Assembly: GCA_963528245.1 (NCBI GenBank)
Contig: CAURWB010000004.1
Span: 774 to 64,773, forward strand
Reading direction: 5' to 3'
Length of the DNA: 64,000 bases
Origin: an uncultured Campylobacter sp.
GTDB lineage: Bacteria > Campylobacterota > Campylobacteria > Campylobacterales > Campylobacteraceae
The notes beneath the pieces were generated by a model. The model was given only the letters and a program-made list of their open reading frames with translations. It had not been told where the DNA came from and searched no databases. Positions 49,148 through 58,006 of the stretch are shown in pieces. How positions within the stretch are numbered: the first letter of the stretch is position 1; each line of letters begins with the position of its first letter. Made by a program: the position numbers and the translations under genes.

Positions 49148-49705
49148 TTAAACTTTTAAAAGTTCGCTCTCTTTTTCTTTTACGAGCGAGTCGATCTTTG
49201 ACGTATAGCTGTCGGTGATCTTTTGGACCTCGTCTTGTCCTTTTTTACTCTCGTCTTCGGTGATAGCTTTATCTTTTTCTAGCTTTTTTACCTCGTCGTT
49301 AGCGTCTTTTCTGATATTTCTGATGCTAACTTTGGCTTTTTCGCCGAATGCCTTAGCGTGCTTTGCGTTTTCTTGGCGTTGCTCGACCGTCATCGGAGGG
49401 AAAAATAGCTTCACGCTCTCGCCGTCGTTGTTCGGATTTACGCCGACATTTGCCGCAGAGATCGCTGCGGTTATGATTTTTAGCATCGGTTTTTCCCACG
49501 GCGTAATGCTTATAGTGCTAGCATCGCTCGTTAGTACGGTGGCTACTTGGTTTAGCGGAGTTTGGCTGCCGTAATAATCCACGTAAATATTATCGACTAT
49601 GCTTATATTTACCTTGCCCGTGCGAAGCGTGCTAAAGTCGCGTTTTAGGCCCTCGATGCACTTGTCGCTATGCTCTTTTTGCTTTTTGTAAATTTCATTC
49701 AGCAT
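49148..49705 (-). CDS. frr: Ribosome recycling factor
   Basis: 185 aa; typical Frr sequence (LRTGKVN...[10 protein letters not shown]). Confidence 0.96.
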   Translation of the reverse strand: MLNEIYKKQKEHSDKCIEGLKRDFSTLRTGKVNISIVDNIYVDYYGSQTPLNQVATVLTSDASTISITPWEKPMLKIITAAISAANVGVNPNNDGESVKLFFPPMTVEQRQENAKHAKAFGEKAKVSIRNIRKDANDEVKKLEKDKAITEDESKKGQDEVQKITDSYTSKIDSLVKEKESELLKV

Positions 49706-50657
49706 TTATATCCTTTACTAAAATTTTTGTCGTCGTTTTTCCGTTTACCTTAAGGCTCATTCTTACTTTATAGCGGTCGATTGGCTTGTTAAATTTAAGC
49801 GTCATCTGTCCGTTTTCAAGCTTGACCTTTTTTGTCTGCTGTCCCGTCATTGAGAAGTATCCGTGCGTCGCATTCTCGTCGGTTTTGATGATAAGTTCGC
49901 TAATCTTATTATCCTTCGGATAGTCTTGCGGAAGTATCCACTCGGCTTTTAGAAATTTGCTCGCAAGAGCGGACGGCAGGTGCGTGCCGTTCATCGCAGG
50001 GATCCTATCTAGTTCGTGCAGATCGCTATCTGCCGCGACCGCACCCGAGTTTTGGCTCAGTATCACCTCGATGCCGTGTTCTATCGCGACGTCGCGTACC
50101 CTGTCGTTATATTCACCGAAAGGATATGCAAAATATCGCGGTTTGTAGCCCATATTTTTTTCAAATTTGCCTATGCCGTCCTCAAAGTCGTTTTTTAATT
50201 TTTCCTCGTTAAGACCGACCATGTGCAAGTGACCGTAGGAGTGATAGCCGACCTCGCCGTATTTTTCGATCTCTTTGATCTGCTCGAAGGTCATAAAGTC
50301 GCCGTATTTTCGTGCGGTGGCCTCGACGTAGATCATCAGCGCAAACGGATATCCGTACTCTAAAAATACCGGTAAGCCTTTTTCGTAAAAGCTTTTGTAG
50401 CCGTCGTCTACCGTTAAAACTACCCAGTTGTCAGATACCGGCTCGCCGTTTTTTATCGCGTCCACGAGCTTTGAAAGCGGGATAACCTCGTAGCCTTTTT
50501 CTTTAAAATAATCAAACTGCTCGCGTAAATTTTTAATAGAGACATTGGTGCTCGGGTGTCTGTCGTCGTCAAATCTATGATAGTTAAAGATATGCGCGTC
50601 TGCAAATGCAAACTGTGCCGCCGCAAACAATGCAAGCGCGGAAACTAATTTTTTCAT
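49695..50657 (-). CDS. Secreted polysaccharide deacetylase (NodB/CE4 family)
   Basis: 320 aa; signal peptide; LTVDDGYKS and HSYGH motifs. Confidence 0.8.
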   Translation of the reverse strand: MKKLVSALALFAAAQFAFADAHIFNYHRFDDDRHPSTNVSIKNLREQFDYFKEKGYEVIPLSKLVDAIKNGEPVSDNWVVLTVDDGYKSFYEKGLPVFLEYGYPFALMIYVEATARKYGDFMTFEQIKEIEKYGEVGYHSYGHLHMVGLNEEKLKNDFEDGIGKFEKNMGYKPRYFAYPFGEYNDRVRDVAIEHGIEVILSQNSGAVAADSDLHELDRIPAMNGTHLPSALASKFLKAEWILPQDYPKDNKISELIIKTDENATHGYFSMTGQQTKKVKLENGQMTLKFNKPIDRYKVRMSLKVNGKTTTKILVKDINAE

Positions 50658-50666
50658 TGACGCTCC

Positions 50667-51014
50667 TTATTTTTGCTCGCTTGTCGGAGCCGCAGGGGCT
50701 GCAGGAGCATTAGGGGCTTGCGGAGCGACTGCCTCAGGAGCTGCAGGTAGCGACGAAGTATCGACGCTATCTATTAGAGATTTGCTGCTTTGCGTGTTGT
50801 AAACGTAGCTTAGCGCTAGAGTGTTTAGGATAAATAAAACACCCACGACAAAGGTAAATTTAGCCAAAAATCCAGCCGGTCCTTTTGCGCCAAATAGGCT
50901 TTCGTTGCTACCGCTGTACGCGCCCAGTCCGATAGAGGAGCTTTTCTGAAGCAAAACGGCGATCGTTAAAACTACCGCGAAAATAAACTGCAATACTAAA
51001 AAAAGCGAATCCAT
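50667..51014 (-). CDS. secG: Preprotein translocase subunit SecG
   Basis: 115 aa; LLQKSSSIGLG...LFG motif; two TM helices. Confidence 0.88.
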   Translation of the reverse strand: MDSLFLVLQFIFAVVLTIAVLLQKSSSIGLGAYSGSNESLFGAKGPAGFLAKFTFVVGVLFILNTLALSYVYNTQSSKSLIDSVDTSSLPAAPEAVAPQAPNAPAAPAAPTSEQK

Positions 51015-51075
51015 AAAAATCCTTTTAAATTTTCGAAATTAGTCGCGATTATACTAAAAAAGTTTTGAATTTGGG

Positions 51076-51459
51076 TTAAATTTCTTTTTCTATCTCATAA
51101 AGTTCGTAGCGCACGGTCTTAAAAATCTCGGAAATTTTAACGTCTATGAGTTTAAAACACTCCTCTAAAACCCTTGCGCTTTCTTGCGCTCGTTTGATGT
51201 TGGCGGTTTGCAAATCGTCCAAATTTAGGCGAATTTGCTCCTCTTTTAGGCTTGGTTTTAGCACGTCGTTTGCTGCGTCGCGAAATTTTATAAATTCCTT
51301 TTGCGGGATTTTTGCTTTGTGGCGGAGGGTTTTTATTTTTTTAGCGAGGGCTAGGTCGTCAAAGCCGTAACGTCTGACGTCCTCAACGACTCTAAGCCCT
51401 TCTTTTAAGCGGTTTAAATTTGCGTCTATTACGCGGTAGAGCCGCTCTTCGTTAGTCAT
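51076..51459 (-). CDS. Hypothetical helical protein
   Basis: 127-aa ORF; LYRVIDANLNRLKEGLRVVED resembles the N-terminal helical domain seen on some ThiE-related proteins (weak recall). Confidence 0.45.
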   Translation of the reverse strand: MTNEERLYRVIDANLNRLKEGLRVVEDVRRYGFDDLALAKKIKTLRHKAKIPQKEFIKFRDAANDVLKPSLKEEQIRLNLDDLQTANIKRAQESARVLEECFKLIDVKISEIFKTVRYELYEIEKEI

Positions 51460-52153
51460 CTCTACTAAAAATGCCTAAAATTTGAAGTAAAGAAACGAAT
51501 AGATTAACGAAATCAAGATAAAGAGCGACTGCGCCCTCGATCGGAGTTTCGTAGTTGCCGCGGATGATATTTTGCGTATCGTAAAGGATATATGCGCTAA
51601 ATAAAACCGCGCCCACGCTAGCAATCGCAAGCTGCAAAATCGGGCTGTGGAAAAATATATTTATGATCGCAGCCACGAGCAAGACGATAAGCGTAATGAA
51701 AAGCATCTTGCCCATCGCGGTAAAGTCTCGTTTGGTATTCATCGCAAATACGCTAAGTCCGCCGAATGCTACCGTCGTAAGCGTAAAGGCCTGAGCTACT
51801 ATCGCTGCGCCTCCCGGCATCGCAAAAGTGCGTCCCAAAATAGGCGTAAGCGTAAGTCCGCTAACGAAAGTAAAGGCAAAAAGCAGGATCAAATTTAAGC
51901 CCGCTTTGCGTTTGGCAAACATTAAACCGACCAAAAGTCCCAGCTCAAGTATCACAAATAGCCAGTAGTTGTCCGCTACCGTCGCTCCCAGCGAGCTATA
52001 AAGCCCGACGTAAGCTCCGACACTGGCTGCTAAAAGCGAAGCCGCGAAAAGCTGATAGGTTTGCTTGATAAATGTGCTAAGCGCGCTTTGCGAGTATTCG
52101 CTCGCAACCTCGTGCTCTCTTGAGTTTGCATAGTTTCTGTCATATAAACTCAT
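51452..52153 (-). CDS. BAX inhibitor-1/YccA family membrane protein
   Basis: 233 aa from the ATG at 52153 (AGGAG Shine-Dalgarno); 7 TM; MSLYDRNY...FIKQTYQL typical of the family. Confidence 0.85.
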   Translation of the reverse strand: MSLYDRNYANSREHEVASEYSQSALSTFIKQTYQLFAASLLAASVGAYVGLYSSLGATVADNYWLFVILELGLLVGLMFAKRKAGLNLILLFAFTFVSGLTLTPILGRTFAMPGGAAIVAQAFTLTTVAFGGLSVFAMNTKRDFTAMGKMLFITLIVLLVAAIINIFFHSPILQLAIASVGAVLFSAYILYDTQNIIRGNYETPIEGAVALYLDFVNLFVSLLQILGIFSRDD

Positions 52154-52316
52154 TTTTTCTCCTTTTTTAAATTTTGACGCAAATTTAGCCAAAAATAGGT
52201 AAATAAAATATAAAATATCGCTGAATTTGACGCGCGAAAAGCATTTTAAAAAAATTTAACGAACTTTGAAACGTTTTTGATATAATATTTTATAAATTTT
52301 TTATCGGGAAATGTAG

Positions 52317-52946
52317 ATGCAAGGTATCTTAGACGGCGCAGTTAAATTTATGGAAGAGGATTTTTTAGAGCATAAGGAGCTTTTTGAAAGCCTGGGCGAG
52401 AAACAGACGCCGCACACTCTTTTTGTCGGCTGTATCGACTCACGCGTGGTGCCTAGCCTCATAACGAACACGGTTCCGGGCGACCTCGTCGTCGTGCGAA
52501 ATATCGCAAACATCGTGCCTCCGTACCGCAAAAGCGAGGAATTTTTGGCTACGACCTCGGCGATCGAGTACGCCTTGCAATCGCTAAACGTACAAAACGT
52601 CATCATCTGCGGACATAGCAACTGCGGCGGCTGCGCGGCCTTGTGGATGGATGAGGCTAAATTTAGCAAAACGCCAAACGTAAAGCGCTGGCTTGACTTG
52701 CTGGAGCCCGTAAAAAAGCGCGTGCAAAAGCTTTTCGGCGACAATATCGCAAAAAGAGAGTGGATAACCGAGCGACTAAGCCTCGTAAATTCGTTTGAAA
52801 ATTTACTGAGCTATCCAGACGTCAAGGCTAAATTTAAAGACGAGGAGCTAAAAATTTATGCCTGGCACTACATAATAGAAACGGGCGAAATCTACAACTA
52901 CAACTTCGCGACGAAGAGCTTTAAACTGCTAGGAGTCGAGAAATGA
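52317..52946 (+). CDS. canB: Beta-class carbonic anhydrase
   Basis: 209 aa; CIDSRV and GHSNCGG zinc-ligand motifs. Confidence 0.9.
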   Translation: MQGILDGAVKFMEEDFLEHKELFESLGEKQTPHTLFVGCIDSRVVPSLITNTVPGDLVVVRNIANIVPPYRKSEEFLATTSAIEYALQSLNVQNVIICGHSNCGGCAALWMDEAKFSKTPNVKRWLDLLEPVKKRVQKLFGDNIAKREWITERLSLVNSFENLLSYPDVKAKFKDEELKIYAWHYIIETGEIYNYNFATKSFKLLGVEK

Positions 52947-54790
52947 GAAAAATTTTAGCCGCCGTTTTTGCGCTGTGCTTTGGCTTAAATTTACTAGCAA
53001 ATACCAAAATCGACGACATAAACGCCACGGATATCCTAAGCGTCGTAAATCAAATCAACGAGGCAAACGCTCAGATCGCCGTTATCAAAGCCCAATCCGC
53101 CGAAAATAACGAAACCGCCGATAAAAACGTGCTTTTTAAAACCGTCTCGGAGAAAAAAGAAAAGCTAATCGAGCAGATCCCCTACCTCATCATGCAAATC
53201 GAAATCGACGAGGAGCAGGTGCAAAAATTTAAGCATGAAATGCAAAATTTGGAATCAAAAATCAAACGGCTAAAAAACTCGGACAATCAAAATTTATACG
53301 TCAAAAACATGCTCGAGCTTGAGCGTATGCGGCTTGACGGGCTGTTTTACTCCTCGCTTTTAAATTTAGAAAATATCTTCAAAGGAGGCGGCAAGGCCGT
53401 GGACGTAAGGCTCGCCGTCGAGGAGACGCTGCTTAGCTTTCAGACCGAGTTTTACTCGCAGTTTAAGGAGTTTAAAGATAGTCTAAACGAGGAAGCGCTC
53501 GCTGCGCACAAAGGCGAACTAGAGGCGCTAGAAGCGCACAAAAAGACGCTTGAGGAGATACTTCACTATCTGCGCGATAACGCCGAGCTGCTCACGTCAA
53601 ACTACATCATCTCCGAGCTAAATTTAAAAACTGCGATAGATTTTATCAACGAAAAGGCCTCGTTTACGAGTAAATTTAACGTCGGCAAGGCGGCAATCAT
53701 ATTCATAGTATTTTTGTTTTTCGTCTCGTTTACGACGCTGCTTAGCAGGCTCACGCTGTGGGCTTTGATGAAATTTTTCGTCAAGCACGACTCGGATAGG
53801 CAGACCAAAGGGCGCATCGTAGAAATCATCAAGCGCCCGATGCTTCTCACTCTTATCGCCTACGCGATAGATATTTGCGTCTCGATCGCGTATTATCCCG
53901 CTCCGATGCCGATAAAATTTGCAAATTTCCTAGCGATCACTTTCGTCATCGCCGTCACTTGGCTCATACTTAGCGTACTAAACGGCTACGGCATGGTGCT
54001 CATCAACGAACTCACCAAAAAAAGCGGGCGCAAAGAGGTGATAAATTTGATCCTAAAGATCATCTATTTCATCATCTTCGTTATCGCGCTACTTATCGTG
54101 CTTAGCAAGCTCGGATTTAACGTCAGCGCCATCATCGCCTCTCTTGGTATCGGCGGCCTTGCGGTAGCTCTTGCGACTAAGGATATCTTGGCGAATTTCT
54201 TTGCTTCCGTCATGCTACTCTTTGACAACTCGTTCTCGCAAGGTGACTGGATCGTGTGCGGCGACATCGAGGGAACGGTCGTGGAGATCGGACTTAGAAA
54301 AACGACCGTGCGAACCTTTGACAACGCCCTTATCTTCGTGCCAAACTCCAAGCTAGCCAGCGATCCGATCCGAAACTGGAGCAGGCGAAAGATGGGACGG
54401 CGCATCAGGATGCTAATCGGATTAGAATACAGCGCCACGACCGAGCAGATAAAAAAATGTGTCGAAGAGATCAAGCAGATGCTAATCGACCACCCAGACA
54501 TCGCAAAGGGCGACGATATGGGGTCTAAAAAGGCTAGCAGATATGACCACGGTATCGTCTCGATCGACGATTTGGCCGGTTATAAGTCGAATTTATTCGT
54601 CGTCGTGGACGAGTTTGCCGATAGCTCGATAAATATCCTCGTGTACTGCTTTTCAAAGACGATAGTTTGGGGCGAGTTTTTGGCCGTCAAAGAGGATGTG
54701 ATGCTAAAAATAATGAATATCGTAGAGGCCAACGGGCTTGGATTTGCCTTCCCTAGCCAGAGCCTATACGTCGAAGAAGTGAAAAAATAA
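52943..54790 (+). CDS. MscS-family mechanosensitive channel with a large N-terminal coiled-coil periplasmic domain
   Basis: 615 aa; signal peptide, coiled coil, several TM helices, MscS beta-domain motif GDWI..G..GTVVEIGLR.T. Confidence 0.88.
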   Translation: MRKILAAVFALCFGLNLLANTKIDDINATDILSVVNQINEANAQIAVIKAQSAENNETADKNVLFKTVSEKKEKLIEQIPYLIMQIEIDEEQVQKFKHEMQNLESKIKRLKNSDNQNLYVKNMLELERMRLDGLFYSSLLNLENIFKGGGKAVDVRLAVEETLLSFQTEFYSQFKEFKDSLNEEALAAHKGELEALEAHKKTLEEILHYLRDNAELLTSNYIISELNLKTAIDFINEKASFTSKFNVGKAAIIFIVFLFFVSFTTLLSRLTLWALMKFFVKHDSDRQTKGRIVEIIKRPMLLTLIAYAIDICVSIAYYPAPMPIKFANFLAITFVIAVTWLILSVLNGYGMVLINELTKKSGRKEVINLILKIIYFIIFVIALLIVLSKLGFNVSAIIASLGIGGLAVALATKDILANFFASVMLLFDNSFSQGDWIVCGDIEGTVVEIGLRKTTVRTFDNALIFVPNSKLASDPIRNWSRRKMGRRIRMLIGLEYSATTEQIKKCVEEIKQMLIDHPDIAKGDDMGSKKASRYDHGIVSIDDLAGYKSNLFVVVDEFADSSINILVYCFSKTIVWGEFLAVKEDVMLKIMNIVEANGLGFAFPSQSLYVEEVKK

Positions 54791-54806
54791 TTTTAAAGGA
54801 GAGAAA

Positions 54807-54956
54807 ATGAGCGAAGAATTTGACTACGAAGAGGAAGATCTGGATGAGGAGTACTCCGAATTTGACGACGAAAGATCCGAAAAATACAGCTATAACTACG
54901 ACGAGAACGACTACGAATACGGCGACGAAGACGAAGAGGATAGCTACGAGATGTGA
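54807..54956 (+). CDS. 49-aa hyper-acidic, tyrosine-rich small protein (unannotated by the ORF track)
   Basis: Hand translation MSEEFDYEEEDLDEEYSEFDDERSEKYSYNYDENDYEYGDEDEEDSYEM; AAAGGAGAG Shine-Dalgarno 5 nt before the ATG; 16 nt after the mscS-like stop. Confidence 0.55.
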   Translation: MSEEFDYEEEDLDEEYSEFDDERSEKYSYNYDENDYEYGDEDEEDSYEM

Positions 54957-55133
54957 TTTGCGCTCAAGTTCGGCTTTGCGAGGCAAAATTTGCCGGCAGG
55001 CCGAATTTGGAGCGTTTAAATTTAGCTTTTACGTGTAAATCCGGCGCGTAGCTTCAGCTAATTCTGAGCCGAATTTGGACTAATATACGAATTCGTCTTT
55101 TTTTAATTATCCCGGCAACCGCCGCCTTCAAAT

Positions 55134-56261
55134 TTAGGCATTTATATCAAGTTTTCGGATTTTATTTAACGCCTCTAAAAGCTTGGTCACGTCCGTCCCT
55201 TTTTCTTGTTCGGCTTTGATAAATTTCTCGAAAAATTCGTGCTTTATATCCTTATAAACATAGGTTTGGCTTTTACTAGTAGCGTGGATAGGTTTAAATT
55301 TCTTTTCTTTTGTGGCGTCTGCTTGCGCTTCCTCTTTGGCCGTTTCCTCAAAGTCGCTCTTTTTTAGCGCGATTTTTTGCAGTGCGTCTCCGATGCTTTC
55401 GCCGTTTTTAAATAGGCCTTTTAGGAATTTAAAAAACTCTTTTTTACTCTCTTCGTCCGCGTAGCTCACGCGAGTTTCGAGATCTTGCCCAAGAAGCGTT
55501 ATGCGCTCTTTTGCGGGCGTTTGGTCGAAATTTAGCGCGCCGTTTTTGAGCGAGATTTTTACGTTTGCATATTCGCCTAGGATTTTATTTGCCGCGTACT
55601 CGAGCCATTTATCTTTAAATTCCTCCTCGCTCATATCTGAATCCAGCAGCTTTGAGGCCTTGGCGTCCATTATCAGGCCGCTGCCGCTACGCATGCCAAG
55701 CCCTGTGCCAAACCCTCCCAGATCCACGTTAAATTTACTCAAAAACTTATCCACGTTAAAGACGTCCTGCCTAAATATATCGGATGGATCGCCCGCGTGC
55801 GCGATCAGAGCTTGCGTGCTATCTACGAAACTTTTTAGCTCGGCGGCTTTTTCTTTGCTTACCGATGAGTCAAGCCCGTTTATCTTGCCCCAGACGCTTA
55901 TTTTATCGTCTCTCGTGTAGCCGCTTAGCGAAAATATCCTCCTCACGGCTACTGGCTCGTTCGGATTTAGGCCGAGCTCCTTACGCCATCCGTCCTCCAA
56001 CTTATCAAACCCCATTTTCGCACCCAACCACATACTTAAATTTTTACCGGTTAGCTTCTCGGGATCAACCTTGCCTGCCCAAATTTTGAGTTGGTCGTAG
56101 TCTAGTTCGTCGGGATTTACGGTATCGTAATCAATCCGTGCCGTTAAATTTGGTGCTAAATTCGCTACCTCTTTTTCCTCGCGTGCTTTTAAATTTTGCC
56201 CGCGAGCGCCACTAAAATCGAAATTTGCATTTGCGTTAAATCCGTTTACGCCGCCTATCAT
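55134..56261 (-). CDS. Hypothetical protein, candidate sigma-28-dependent (flagellar co-expressed) protein
   Basis: 375-aa ORF; AAGGA Shine-Dalgarno; no signal peptide; sigma-28-type promoter upstream. Confidence 0.6.
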   Translation of the reverse strand: MIGGVNGFNANANFDFSGARGQNLKAREEKEVANLAPNLTARIDYDTVNPDELDYDQLKIWAGKVDPEKLTGKNLSMWLGAKMGFDKLEDGWRKELGLNPNEPVAVRRIFSLSGYTRDDKISVWGKINGLDSSVSKEKAAELKSFVDSTQALIAHAGDPSDIFRQDVFNVDKFLSKFNVDLGGFGTGLGMRSGSGLIMDAKASKLLDSDMSEEEFKDKWLEYAANKILGEYANVKISLKNGALNFDQTPAKERITLLGQDLETRVSYADEESKKEFFKFLKGLFKNGESIGDALQKIALKKSDFEETAKEEAQADATKEKKFKPIHATSKSQTYVYKDIKHEFFEKFIKAEQEKGTDVTKLLEALNKIRKLDINA

Positions 56262-56293
56262 CTAAAATCCTTTTAAAATTTGGCTTTTTAACG

Positions 56294-56321
56294 ATATCGG
56301 CAAAATTTGAGGAAAATTTAG
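56294..56321 (-). promoter_or_regulatory. Sigma-28 (FliA)-type promoter
   Basis: Minus strand reads CTAAA, 15 nt, GCCGATAT, against the consensus TAAA-N15-GCCGATAA; the -10 lies 32 nt before the ATG. Confidence 0.65.
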
Positions 56322-56436
56322 AGTAAAAGATAAGAAGTGGTATCAAATTTACGGTCGGCCGTCAAGGCGCATAGATGCTGACGAGTCGCCGTAAATTCGT
56401 GCCGCATCGCTACCGACCGGCAAACGCTAGCAAAAT

Positions 56437-57702
56437 TTATTTTTGCTCAAAGTCTTCCCAGGGATTTATGCAGTAGGTACCGCGGCCCGCGTGTTTAGCC
56501 CTATAAAGAGCATCGTCGGCGCGCTGAAGCAGCAGGTCAAACGAGCCGTGTCCGATCTGGCCCTCTGCGATGCCCGCGCTCACGGATAGTCCGTTAAATA
56601 GCGGATTTTCTTGGCAAATTTTAAAAAATCGGTCGATCAAAATTTGCACGCGAGGCGCTATGCTTTGCATGTTTGCGCCGTCGGTAAATATCGAGATAAA
56701 CTCGTCCCCGCCGATACGCACGTTCATCGCGTCGTTAAAAATCTCTTTTATCAGCTCCGAGATCGCAACCAGAGCCTTATCGCCCGCTTGATGTCCGTGC
56801 TCGTCGTTTACCTGTTTGAAGCGGTCTAAATCCATATAAAGTATGCTCATATGCGTGGTTTTTAGCTTACCCAAAAAAGCGTCTAGTTGGTTACGGTTGG
56901 CTAGTCCCGTGAGCTGGTCGTAGTGGGCTAGATGTTCGATATTTTGCAGATACTCGTACTCTTTCGTTACGTCGCGAGCGATACCGACGGTGCCGATGAT
57001 CGTCTCGCCGTCAAATATCGGCGTTTTATATGTTTTTAGCTTGCTTAGTTTGCCGTCGGCCCGCATAACCTCCTCGTCAAAAAGGCAGGTCTTACGCGCT
57101 GCGACGACGTCGTCCTCGGTCTGGACGCAGACGTAGTCCGTTTGCTCGTAGACCTCTTTTGGGATATCCCAGATGTAGTAGTGATCTTTGCCCCGCACGA
57201 ACTCTTTTGGCTTATTTACGACCTCGCAAAACTCGTCGTTTACCTCTAGATGTAGCCCGCCCATATCCTTAAACCAGATCATATCGGGAGACGAGTTTAT
57301 CAGCGTTTGTAGCCAAGTTTTTTGCAGCCACGCCTCTTTGCGCTCGGCGATCAAATTTAGCGCTTTTTCAAAGTAGAAGTCGTCTAAATTTGCAGCTTGC
57401 GGCCAAATTTCGTCGGCGGCATCTTTTTGCTCGCTCGTTATCTTTGCGGTATCCTTTGCGTAAATCGCCAAAAAGCCGTTTTCTCCGATACGTTTTTTTA
57501 GCTCGGGTAAATTTAACCCGCAATCTTCGCTTGCGATGATTAGGTATTGGTGCTCGTCTGGGATGGGCGCAGGGATGTCGTAGGCGCTTTTTATGAGCTC
57601 AAATTTATGCTCAAAGCGCGGTTTGGGCGGTATTTTGTTGTATTGTTCAAATTTATTTTTTACATCTTGGGTTAAACAAATATGCAGTCTGACGCGGTAC
57701 AT
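56437..57702 (-). CDS. PAS-GGDEF diguanylate cyclase with an uncharacterised N-terminal domain
   Basis: 421 aa; PAS-like segment (SPDMIWFKD...); GGDEF domain with intact RIGGDEF; no RxxD I-site upstream. Confidence 0.85.
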   Translation of the reverse strand: MYRVRLHICLTQDVKNKFEQYNKIPPKPRFEHKFELIKSAYDIPAPIPDEHQYLIIASEDCGLNLPELKKRIGENGFLAIYAKDTAKITSEQKDAADEIWPQAANLDDFYFEKALNLIAERKEAWLQKTWLQTLINSSPDMIWFKDMGGLHLEVNDEFCEVVNKPKEFVRGKDHYYIWDIPKEVYEQTDYVCVQTEDDVVAARKTCLFDEEVMRADGKLSKLKTYKTPIFDGETIIGTVGIARDVTKEYEYLQNIEHLAHYDQLTGLANRNQLDAFLGKLKTTHMSILYMDLDRFKQVNDEHGHQAGDKALVAISELIKEIFNDAMNVRIGGDEFISIFTDGANMQSIAPRVQILIDRFFKICQENPLFNGLSVSAGIAEGQIGHGSFDLLLQRADDALYRAKHAGRGTYCINPWEDFEQK

Positions 57703-58006
57703 GATTTCCCCTTTATTTTTTGGTTATGGTACAGCAGGATAGCTTTAACGAGGCTTTCGGGTGGATTTAAGGTACGGAATCAAAATAAATTTATAAATAT
57801 CGACGGTTAAATTTGGGGGCAAATTTTATGAAAAGAAAGTGGCAGGCTTTGCTAAATTTATAAAATTTGACAAAGCCTACCGTAACCATAAAAACATCAA
57901 AAAATTAGGCCCAAACAAAATGCGGGCAACTAAAGGGGCGCATAATTTACGGACCGACCGCCGAGCTGTACAGGCCCGGGCGGCGCCGTAAATTTGCAAA
58001 TTTAAA

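Noticed and set aside
52301-52744. 147-aa ORF antisense to the carbonic anhydrase gene
   Set aside because: The plus frame has the CxDxR and HxxC zinc-ligand motifs of beta-carbonic anhydrases.
54753-55038. 77-aa hydrophobic minus-strand ORF and 72-aa plus-strand Thr/Lys-rich ORF overlapping the acidic miniprotein
   Set aside because: The V/F-rich product is the antisense image of GAA/GAC/GAG codons, starts at a TTG without a Shine-Dalgarno, and overlaps the mscS-like stop. The other ORF is a frame-shifted reading of the same repeat-like codons. The acidic frame alone has a strong Shine-Dalgarno.
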